A program made the translations under genes and the position numbers. A stretch of DNA of 64,000 nt from Basidiobolus meristosporus CBS 931.73 (taxonomy: Eukaryota; Fungi; Basidiobolomycota): the NCBI GenBank assembly GCA_002104905.1, contig MCFE01000005.1, forward strand, positions 215,784 through 279,783, given 5' to 3'. Position 1 is the first letter of the stretch, and each line of letters opens with the position of its first letter. Positions 55,219 to 63,941 of the stretch are shown here, one piece after another. The notes under the pieces were generated by a model that was not told the DNA's origin, did no database searches, and saw only the letters and a list, made by a program, of their open reading frames with translations.

Positions 55219-56162
55219 GGAAAATTCAAATAGCTCTAGAGAACATAAGGGGTCAAAGGTTTGAGGTTCTTAAAGGTACACAAGGTTGGCTGCTGCGAAT
55301 ATGAATTAGGTCACATTGAATCTAGAGTAGTAATTGCTCACCCTAACATGGAATAGCCAATTACATGTGAATTATCGGAGCCACAAAAATCCCGATCAAA
55401 CGTAATCGAATTTCTGTCTAGTAAGCTAGTTGATTGGCCCACCTTGTGTTTCATGTTCTGATGTCATGCGTAATCAAGTATTTGGGATATTTACTAATGA
55501 CAGTCACGATTTCCCTCCACAGTCTGGGTTTCATTTTCTAACAACAGTGAATATGTTGTGTTATAAAATTATATAATACGCTTGCTGATTCATCTCAAGG
55601 TTTGCCAAATATGATGCTGTGACAATCTTGTAGATTTGACTAACGCTATTTCAAAATGGTGCATGTCCAATACTGCATAACTCTTTACTCTAACACCACT
55701 AAATTGAGGTATTTATGAGTGTGAGAGGTTTGGATATGTTGTACAAATTTATGATTCCACCTAAATATTCACCTAACTGAGTGACTCATTAGATACATAT
55801 CTTTGAGAACTCTGACCAAGCTCCTTGTTGGGATTTACTTGAAATATTTTCACCAAAATATCAGGTACACAGAACATGAAATTTTTTGAAGCTGTCCAAA
55901 CAGCCCCAAACTTTGCACACAGGCTCTTGGGATCTTCCTATGCATATTCTACATGTTTACTATGCCAAGTCCATTTAAAAGTATTAATCATACTTTTGCA
56001 TTCAATAATGCATTAAATGGAAGCCAAAAAATCTACATGTTCTCCTAATCACTTCCAATATCACCAAAGCTCTTACAGCTGGTTATGAGCCCTGAGCTTT
56101 CACTCTCTGCACTGCACAATACTGCCATTGCTGGAATATTTCTCTCTGCTAAAAAACTGGAT

Positions 56163-57076
56163 GGTTAGAGTTGGGGGAGACAGTCACCATCAGGTGAAAT
56201 CTTTATTTCAGTTGAAACAAAGAAGCCAGTGCTACTGTTGTAGCTTGGATACTACAGTGTGTAGCTGAGGGGAATTGGTAGGCAAGTTAATAAGTAGAAA
56301 TGATAGCTCTTTGGTGCTCAAGACACTGTTCAGTGGGAAGGAGGATGGCAAATGGGTAAGAAAAATTTGTCAACAACATTAATAAGGCAAACATGATATG
56401 GATTGATACTAGACTTGTTCCATCAATCCAGCTGATCATAGCGCCCAATAGTGCCATAGCATGCCAGATGGCGCCATACAGTGCCAATTTGGGATCAAAA
56501 TTGACATGCATATGACCCTAAAATATCAAATTAATAACAGAATATACAGCACTTTCTGACACTATGATCAATGGCACAATGGAACAAGTCTAATCATCAA
56601 AAAGGGAGTGTGCTGCTTTAGATATTGCTGACAAAGGTCTGTCAAATATTTCTAGTTGGCAAACTTGGGCTTTTCTGACTGCAGTATATAATTACCAAAC
56701 ATCTTGACATCAGGATTTCCAAGTATAGTTCCCCAGCAGGAGCCAGGTGTAGTGTGGTGTGTTCTCATCCAGGCCTTAATCAGTGGGTTGTTGCAGTGGT
56801 GAAGTCTGAGATATAATCTGGTTCTAAGGTAGAGAAGTCTGATTTTATAGGGCATAAACCCAAAAGCACCAAGAATAGCATGTCTGTAGGGGCATTCAGG
56901 CAAATGAGGCACCAAGGAGGTAATGCACCATACTGCAAACTTGTCAAGCTTAGTGCAGTCTCCAGAAGTAAGCAAGAGAAGTGGTAAGCCAAATTCCAAG
57001 ACAGTGAAGACAAACTGCATGGGTAAACAGCTGGGAGCTGAAGTTGTAGGAGTAACAGCCAGTAGCTTGTTGAGTG
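56163..57076 (-). mobile_element. Unit F: old, 5'-truncated, degenerate copy of the family-A retroelement (ORF2 3' part plus 3' terminus)
   Basis: Aligns by eye to 60004-60735 with substitutions and small indels. Terminus (minus strand) GATTTCACCTGATGGTGACTGTCTCCCCCAACTCTAACC. Interrupted by a MITE. Confidence 0.9.
56412..56590. mobile_element. 179-bp MITE nested in unit F, with TA target-site duplication (Tc1/mariner-like signature)
   Basis: Perfect 12-bp TIRs GACTTGTTCCAT / ATGGAACAAGTC, sub-terminal inverted TGATCATAG / CTATGATCA, flanked by TA at 56410-56411 and 56591-56592. Removal restores collinearity with the intact copy near 60240-60260. Confidence 0.85.
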
Positions 57077-57782
57077 GGAGGGGGAGAATAGTCACCAAGT
57101 GATAAAATCCTTTTTTATTATGATAGTATTAGATGAAGCTTAGTGAATCATAAGTTATTAGGTGTTGTATCCAAGAGAAAAGTGTAATAAAACTCTTAAA
57201 TGAGTTAACTGAACCTAAGTGATAACTAAGCACAGAATCTTAGAATTGTCAAGAGTGACAGAAATATTAGCAGAGTGGTTCTGGTCTAATATTGATCTTA
57301 TATATAGCTGAGTTGGACTATAAAGGCAACAAAGTAGGTTTGCTATGCAGGCTAGGCTTGGTGTTCTTGAGAGTGCTGGATATGCTAAGCTTGGGTAGAC
57401 ACTAGAGCGGAATTGTTGAATTCTTAATTTTGCTGAGGCACAATCTTAATTTTGTTGAGACACACACTAAACCAAAAGGTTCAGTAAGCTTTATTTATAC
57501 TTTTCTGATTGAGTTGCATTAGTAAGCATCAAGAGACTGGACTAACTGAAATCTGTTGGGGTGTTGATAGGTGCATAAGATAAATGGAAAATTGCATTGT
57601 TAATTAGCTGATGTCTTGGCAACTGCTAAGTGGTTGGATAAATCTCAGATGACTAATCTCTTGGAAAGGCTTAGCAGATCAGTTGAGGACATAATGACCA
57701 CATGTAAATTGATCAGGTGTGACAGCTAAAAATAGATTCTGCAAAGTGATAAAATAAACCATAACAGGGATTAGTTATGTTT
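57077..57782 (-). mobile_element. Unit E: non-coding array unit carrying a degenerate version of the shared 3' terminus
   Basis: No long ORF. Minus-strand end AATAAAAAAGGATTTTATCACTTGGTGACTATTCTCCCCCTCCC abuts the truncated 5' end of unit F. Confidence 0.6.
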
Positions 57783-59127
57783 GGGTTAGGGGAGGGAAAG
57801 TCACCAAGTTGGTGAAATCTTTATTTGAGTTAAGAACTAATCTAGGTACAAATAAAGAAGCCAATTAAGAGGTCTAGAACCTCTCTAATAAGTAATCTAA
57901 TTTATGTTTTGTTTCATCTCTAATGTTTGTTTCAATAAAGTAAAGCTCATCAGGGGTAAATATAAAATTCAGGGGTTTTGGGGGAAGTACAAATTGTAGA
58001 TGTTTCTGATCAATATAATCCAAGACTGGAACCCAGCCTGGGATTAGGTGTAGTAGGAAAGGTGTGTGGACTTGTAAGTAGCTCTGCCACATAGATCTTA
58101 GATGGTCCTGAGCCAGTAGTCTTGGTTTTTCAGCTTTTTGAAGTTTTGAAGCAAGCTCTGTTACTACAGCAGAGCCAACCAGGGTGTGCCAGCAAGAAGA
58201 TTTCAGGGAGGAGTTAGATTGAAGCCATTGTTTGATGGAGGGGTTATGTGATTTCTGAAGTTTGACTAGGAAGGAAGCACAGAGATAGACCATTTGGATT
58301 TGGTATGGGTAGAAGCCAAAGGCTCCATTAGTTGCATGGATATAGGGAGATACTGGAAGATAAGGTACCAAGGATCTGATACACTGATGGAGAAATTTAT
58401 CCAGGCGGTGAAGTTCTCTGGAGGTTAGGGGTATAATGTGCAGACCAAATTCAAGTACCAGCAGTACATACTGCTTCAGAAGTGTAGGGATCTTTTGAAT
58501 TGGAGTGTCTGGAGTGACTACTACCAGAAGCTTTTTGAGAGCCTGCTGGGCAAGACGGATCCTATTATTCAGGTGGAGCTTTGAGTCAATCCCATGTTGA
58601 CAAAATGGCAGACCTAGATATATTGCAGTTTGTTGTGGCAGAATGCTAGTGTTCTGTATAGTTGTAGTGCATCCAATTGGGACCATCTTGGAAATTGAGA
58701 GTGAGAGGTTGTTGGCAGCCAAGTACTTCTCAATGATGGCAGTGTCTGCTATGGGATTAGGAGTAGCAATCTTGATATCATCTGCATAGAGAGTTAGTAG
58801 TGGATAGGGAGAGTCTGGTGAGGGGCCTTTTGGAAATAAAGAAAAGTCATGTAGGAATATCACAAATAGTAAGGGACCTAGTACAGATCCTTGGACTACT
58901 CCATTTGGAACCTCATAAGTCTCTGATGTACAACTTGGATGCAAAATTTTGGCTGAGTTCTCACAAAATAGAGAACGTACAAGAAGGGTCATTGGTAGTG
59001 TGGTAACTGCTAATAGCTTTCTCCAAAGCAGAGCTCTGTCCACAGAGTCAAAGGCTTTAGTAATGTCAAACAGAATGGTTGGCAATGAGAATTGAAGTGA
59101 ATGATCATGGCTTAGCACTACAGCCAT
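57783..59127 (-). mobile_element. Unit D: 5'-truncated RT-encoding copy of a second, diverged family
   Basis: ORF 57874-59127 (417 aa) with LFDITKAFDSVDR, GVVQGSVLGPLLF and LYADDI, homologous but clearly diverged from ORF2 of unit A. Terminus GATTTCACCAACTTGGTGACTTTCCCTCCCCTAACCC. Confidence 0.9.
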
Positions 59128-59825
59128 AGGGTAGGGTTAGGGGAGGGAAAGTCACCAGAGTAGGTGAAATCTATATTTGATTTCCGACAAGTCTAACTAC
59201 AAATAAAGAAGCCAGCTGGGAATAGAAGATTCCCAAAGTAAATACTAAGTTGAATATGAATAAATCTAAGCTAAAGTTAAGGCAGTATCCCAGAGTACAC
59301 TGGAGTTCAGGTTCATGGGGGAGTGAAGTAGATAAGCTTGAGAGATATAATAATCTTTAAGGAAGTGGGTAACAGCAGGTGAAGGGGAGTTTTTGATAAG
59401 TGAAGTGAATCTTGAGAGCAGAGATTCCTCTAATGAGAAGGTCTTGTAAACTGGAGAATCAGGAAACTCTTTAAAGGCATGGTCAGTAGGTTCCCAGTAA
59501 AACTGGTCAGAGACATTTTGAGAGAACTCTTTAGCAATACTTTTGTCAAGTACTACCTCCAGAGTGTGATTGTTGATAAATCTCATGTTGACAATTTTGG
59601 ATAAATTGTAACCTTGTTGCTTGAGATACATCCTATGCTCAGATATAGGAATGAACTCCATATTGGCAAAGTAGCAGACAGCCCAGTCAGTAGCAGGAGG
59701 CAGATCAGAAGTAGAAGGAAACTTTCTTTTAGTCTTGGGAGGAGCAGCAGGATGTCTTGAGAAAGCAGGAACAGACTTTTTGACAGCATCAGAGTAGGAA
59801 GAGTGAGCAGGAGCAGATAATTCTT
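59128..59825 (-). mobile_element. Unit C: 5'-truncated ORF1-only unit followed directly by the shared 3' terminus
   Basis: Frame open from about 59825 to the stop at 59266. LPPATDWAVCYFANMEFIPISEHRMYLKQQGYNLSKIVNMRF...LEVVLD matches unit A ORF1 LPPASTWTVVYLKQVPWTPISNIRKALKACNIQLSRIVNLAW...LEVILD. No ORF2 follows. Confidence 0.85.
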
Positions 59826-59963
59826 GGGGTTAGGGGGGGAGACAGTCACCAACAGGTGAAATCTTTATTTCAGTTGAAACAAAGAAGCCAGCGCTACTGT
59901 TGTAGCTTTGATACAAGAGTGTGTAGCTGAGGGGAATTTGTAGGTAAGTTAATAAGAAGTGAT
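59826..59963 (-). mobile_element. Unit B: about 130-bp 5'-truncated copy identical by eye to the 3' end of unit A
   Basis: 59841-59963 matches 60016-60138. Preceded on the plus strand by GGGGTTAGGGGGGG. Confidence 0.92.
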
Positions 59964-60014
59964 TAGGGTTAGGGCTAGGGTTAGGGTTAGGGTTAGAGGG
60001 TTAGGGGGGGGGGG
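59963..60014 (+). repeat. Interstitial telomeric repeat tract (TTAGGG)n ending in a G11 run
   Basis: TTAGGG TTAGGG CTAGGG TTAGGG TTAGGG TTAGAGGG TTAG(G)n: seven units, two of them variant. G-rich strand points toward higher coordinates. Confidence 0.93.
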
Positions 60015-60068
60015 AGACAGTCACCAACAGGTGAAATCTTTATTTCAGTTGAAACAAAGAAGCCAGCG

Positions 60069-62837
60069 CTACTGTTGTAGCTTTGATACAAGAGTGTGTA
60101 GCTGAGGGGAATTTGTAGGTAAGTTAATAAGAAGTGATGATAGTTCTTCAGTGCTCAAGACACTGTTCAGTGGGAAGGGGGGTAGCAAGAGAGGTAAGAA
60201 TGACTTGTGAACAACATTAATGAGGGGAATGTGATAAGGATTGATATTCATCATAAAGGGAGTGTGCTGCTGCAGATATTGCTGCCAAAGGTCTGTCAAG
60301 TACTTTAGGTAGGCCAGCTTGGGTTTTTCTGACTGCAGAATATAGTGTGCAAACTTCTTGACTTCAGGATCTCCAAGTATAGTTCTCCAGCAGGAGTCAG
60401 GTGTAGTGTGGTGTGTTCTCTTCCAGGCCTTAATCAGTGGGTTGTTGCAGTTGTGAAGTCTGAGGTATAATCTGGTTCTAAGGTAGAGAAGTCTGATCTT
60501 ATAGGGCATAAACCCAAAAGCACCAAGAATAGCATGTCTGTAGGGGCATTCAGGCAAATGAGGCACCAAGGAGGTAATGCACCATACTGCAAACTTGTCA
60601 AGCTTAGTGCAGTCTCTAGAAGTAAGAGAGAGAAGTGGTAAGCCAAATTCCAGGACAGGGAAGACAAACTGCTTGAGTAGAAGGAGGCAGCTGGGAGCTG
60701 AAGTTGTAGGAGGAGTAACAGCCAGTAGCTTGTGGAGTGCCTGTCTTGCCAGGATAATTCTCTTCTTCAGGTGTGCTCCAGAGTCTAGTCCAGTAGGAAG
60801 GAAAGGAAAGCCAAGATATGTAGCAGAAACCTGAGCAGGTAGAGTGGAGTTCTCCAAGTTGATAGGAGAGCCCAAAGGTACTGTCTTTGCAATGGAAAGC
60901 TGGAGATTATTCTTCTGCAGATACTGCTGGATGGTCTGGGAGTCTTGTTGCACATTGGAGGAGGATATTCTGATATCATCAGCAAAGAGAGTAACCAGGC
61001 AGTCAGCTGAGAGTCTTGGGAAATCATTCAGGAAGATGGCAAACAGTATAGGACCAAGCACAGAGCCTTGAACCACTCCATTAGGAACTGAGAACACAGC
61101 TGATTGCTCACTTGGGTGCAGAATTCTTGCTTGTGAATCCAGAAACAGAGACCTGACAAGGAGGGTGAGAGAGGTACTGGAGAAGCATTGCAACTTGGAC
61201 CAAAGCAGATTTCTGTCAACTGAATCAAAGGCCTTAGTAATATCAAACAGAACAGAGGGATACTTGCACTGGAGAGAGTGATCTTGGCTAAGTATGACTG
61301 CATATTCCAAGGAGAGGCCAGGAACAAAGCCAAACTGTGCAGGATGAAACTTGAGGGAGTCAGAGTAGAGCTCCTGAGCAAGCAGAAGCTCAAACACCTT
61401 TCTGCAGGTGGGCAGCAGAGATATTGGCCTGTAGGAGCTAGGATCCAGGTGCTTTCCTTTACCCTTGTACAGTGGCAGAACATTTGCAAAGGACCATTCC
61501 TCAGGAGTAGAAAGCTGGGCTGAGCATTGCTGAAACAGTGGAAGCAGAAGTGCAGATATGGCCTTGGTACTAGTCTTCAGAAGCTCATAAGAGATTGTGT
61601 CCACACCTGGAGCAGTAGAGTTGGGAAGCCTCTTGAGCACATTATGGATTCTCCTTTGATCAAGTGCAAGTGGGATGGGCAGAGTCTTGAAGTCAGGATG
61701 AAAGCCAGGAGTTGAGTACTGCTTTGTAGAGAAGAAGATGTTAGCCAGCTGTTCTGTTGAAGGTAACTTCCTGGAAGAGGGCCTCATTGCCCTGTAGAGT
61801 CTTGATACTGTTCTTGTTATAGAGTTGGAAGATTGCAGAGGCAAGGAACTCATAATATGATCCCAGAGCTGAGTATGCAGAGTGTGGTGAATTGCCTTGG
61901 AGTGGTGTATTGCTGTCAGGAGGAGTTTCTCTGTTTTTGGGTTAGGGAAACTCAGGTAGCTTTGTTGCAGGACTGAAACAATGGATTCCCATTTTCTTGA
62001 GGTAACAGCAGTAGTCTTGCATGGCAGTGAGAGGGAGGCAGACACCAGAATCAGATGCTTCACAAAGAGCCAGGCATAGTTGAGATCATCTGGCAGAGAA
62101 AGTAGCAAACTGGCAAGCTTCAAGTAGTTCCCAAAGTCTTTCTTCTGATTCTTGGTAGCTTTGTGGGTGAGCACAGTAAGTTTTGGCAGCTTCTTCTTCA
62201 CAACTGGTTGCATAGAAAGGGACCAGGCTGGATGGTCAGAGGCTCTCAAGGATCCTAGCTCAGCTCCAGAGAATTGATTAACTTCATTCACAAAGTAGAG
62301 GGCAGCAGCAGAAGGGCAGATCCAGTCAACACATCTTTTCTCAGATTGAGCACCTAGTGCTAGCAGGTGGCTTTCTCTCAGGAAGTTCAGTAGGAATGTA
62401 GACCTTGGCTTCATTCTTGCAGTCAGAGTAGTCTTGTTCTCAGGATGGGGAATGTTGAGATCTCCAAGCAAGATAACAGGTGTTGATATAGATTGTTGGT
62501 ATTGCTGAACCTTCTGGCATATAACTTGCACTTCTTGAAGGGCAAGACTTGGAGGCAGATAGCAGAGCACCAGAATGATAGTTGGCAACTGGAGAGCAGC
62601 ACAGTAAGGGGAGTAAAGAGGAACACAGAGCTGAGGAGTATTGATGGTAGAAGAGATGAAGCAGATAGAGGAGGTATTCTTTGTTCTAGGAGTAGAAAAG
62701 CAATATAGATTAGTCAAAAGTATAGAGGGTAGCTGGACATCAATCAAACACAGGAGGGAAAATCTTGAAAGAAGTCTCTCTAGGGTTGGTCTTGATGGCT
62801 GTATGCTGTTGCAGTTAAGCAACAGAACTTCAGGTAG
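60069..62837 (-). CDS. ORF2: AP-like endonuclease plus reverse transcriptase; no in-frame ATG before the endonuclease core
   Basis: EEP motifs LNCNS, LCYLPPS, ILLGDLN, VDWI and SDH. RT motifs APGVDTI, PLYKGKG..DPSSYRPISLL, QFGF, FDITKAFDSV, GVVQGSVLGP and LFADD. No RNase H or CCHC motif seen. Confidence 0.93.
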   Translation of the reverse strand, partial: LPEVLLLNCNSIQPSRPTLERLLSRFSLLCLIDVQLPSILLTNLYCFSTPRTKNTSSICFISSTINTPQLCVPLYSPYCAALQLPTIILVLCYLPPSLALQEVQVICQKVQQYQQSISTPVILLGDLNIPHPENKTTLTARMKPRSTFLLNFLRESHLLALGAQSEKRCVDWICPSAAALYFVNEVNQFSGAELGSLRASDHPAWSLSMQPVVKKKLPKLTVLTHKATKNQKKDFGNYLKLASLLLSLPDDLNYAWLFVKHLILVSASLSLPCKTTAVTSRKWESIVSVLQQSYLSFPNPKTEKLLLTAIHHSKAIHHTLHTQLWDHIMSSLPLQSSNSITRTVSRLYRAMRPSSRKLPSTEQLANIFFSTKQYSTPGFHPDFKTLPIPLALDQRRIHNVLKRLPNSTAPGVDTISYELLKTSTKAISALLLPLFQQCSAQLSTPEEWSFANVLPLYKGKGKHLDPSSYRPISLLPTCRKVFELLLAQELYSDSLKFHPAQFGFVPGLSLEYAVILSQDHSLQCKYPSVLFDITKAFDSVDRNLLWSKLQCFSSTSLTLLVRSLFLDSQARILHPSEQSAVFSVPNGVVQGSVLGPILFAIFLNDFPRLSADCLVTLFADDIRISSSNVQQDSQTIQQYLQKNNLQLSIAKTVPLGSPINLENSTLPAQVSATYLGFPFLPTGLDSGAHLKKRIILARQALHKLLAVTPPTTSAPSCLLLLKQFVFPVLEFGLPLLSLTSRDCTKLDKFAVWCITSLVPHLPECPYRHAILGAFGFMPYKIRLLYLRTRLYLRLHNCNNPLIKAWKRTHHTTPDSCWRTILGDPEVKKFAHYILQSEKPKLAYLKYLTDLWQQYLQQHTPFMMNINPYHIPLINVVHKSFLPLLLPPFPLNSVLSTEELSSLLINLPTNSPQLHTLVSKLQQ

Positions 62838-63941
62838 TCAGGCAGAGGTTGTAGCTTCTTCAGAGGCAGCATTGATAATGTGACCTGCAGAGTCCCAGAG
62901 CTCTTCAAATGGTGCATCACTTAAGTCAGCAAGGAGGGAAATGGCATGATTCTTGAGGAAGTATGCCACATCATAGGAGGGGGCTTGTCTCTTGATGGCA
63001 GCAAAGAAAGACAGAATGGCAACATGGGCTGGAGGCTTGTTGAACAGTAGAGAGTCAGAGGATTCAGATTCTTCAGGCACTATCTTGAAGTCAGTTTTCA
63101 GCCAGTTAAGGTTCTTCTCCACAAAGGTAACAAATGGGTCAGCAATGTTTTGGTCTAGGATAACCTCCAGAATCTTCCCTTTTCTCCAGGCCAGGTTGAC
63201 AATTCTTGAGAGCTGAATATTGCATGCCTTGAGTGCTTTCCTGATGTTGGAAATGGGAGTCCAGGGAACTTGCTTCAAGTACACCACAGTCCAGGTAGAA
63301 GCTGGTGGTAGGTTTGCTGGGGGCTTGTAAGTCCTTCTGTGTTGCAATGGAGCTGCAGTAGTCATATTGGAGTCCACATTCTCAGTAGAAGGTTTTCTTG
63401 ATGTATCTTGCTGAATAGTACTGGAGCTGGATGTGCTGATAATTCTTGCTAGAACCTTGCCTGCATAAGTCTGAGGTATAGCTGAGGTGACTGTAGAGGT
63501 GGTGGCAGCTGGTGCAGGTGGAGAGGCAGAGACTAAAGCAGGAACTGAGGTCACCTGGGAGAAGGCAGTGGAAGCAGGTTTTCTGGGAGGAACAGAGTTC
63601 ACTATCCAGTTGTTCTGTAAAACACTGGAGTAGCTTTTCTGTGGAACAGGATCTTGCTCTTGAACAGGAACAGAAGCAGGAGGCTGGGGCTGAGCAGTAG
63701 TGGTAAGGCAGTGGCACTCCAAGGAAGCTTTTTGCAAGGCATCTCTGGCAGTTTTCAGGGCAGTATTGGCTTCATTCTTGAGCTTCTTGCATTGGGCATC
63801 CAGTCTCTTGTTTTCAATAGCCAGGGCAGTATTGGCAGCCTCTAAATCAGCAATTCTCTTCTCAATTGCAAGGAATCTCTGAAGAAATGCATCAGTAGAA
63901 GTGCTGGCATCTGGGAGAGCAGTGGCAGGAATAGACTCCAT
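62838..63941 (-). CDS. ORF1 (gag-like): coiled coil, low-complexity linker and conserved C-terminal domain
   Basis: First ATG at 63941; the frame stays open to the window edge. Heptad region FLAIEKRIADLEAANTALAIENKRLDAQCKKLKNE and SYS/TYA motifs. No zinc knuckle seen. Ends in TGA at 62838-62840. Confidence 0.85.
   Translation of the reverse strand: MESIPATALPDASTSTDAFLQRFLAIEKRIADLEAANTALAIENKRLDAQCKKLKNEANTALKTARDALQKASLECHCLTTTAQPQPPASVPVQEQDPVPQKSYSSVLQNNWIVNSVPPRKPASTAFSQVTSVPALVSASPPAPAATTSTVTSAIPQTYAGKVLARIISTSSSSTIQQDTSRKPSTENVDSNMTTAAPLQHRRTYKPPANLPPASTWTVVYLKQVPWTPISNIRKALKACNIQLSRIVNLAWRKGKILEVILDQNIADPFVTFVEKNLNWLKTDFKIVPEESESSDSLLFNKPPAHVAILSFFAAIKRQAPSYDVAYFLKNHAISLLADLSDAPFEELWDSAGHIINAASEEATTSA

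Noticed and set aside
59125-59127. ATG at 59127 as a genuine start of a stand-alone RT gene
   Set aside because: It sits at the truncation junction next to telomeric repeats, in the middle of the RT domain (aligned to YAVILSQDHS of unit A).
61938-61947. GGGTTAGGG inside ORF2
   Set aside because: It falls in open coding sequence (SFPNPK) with no break in the frame, so it is probably coincidental.
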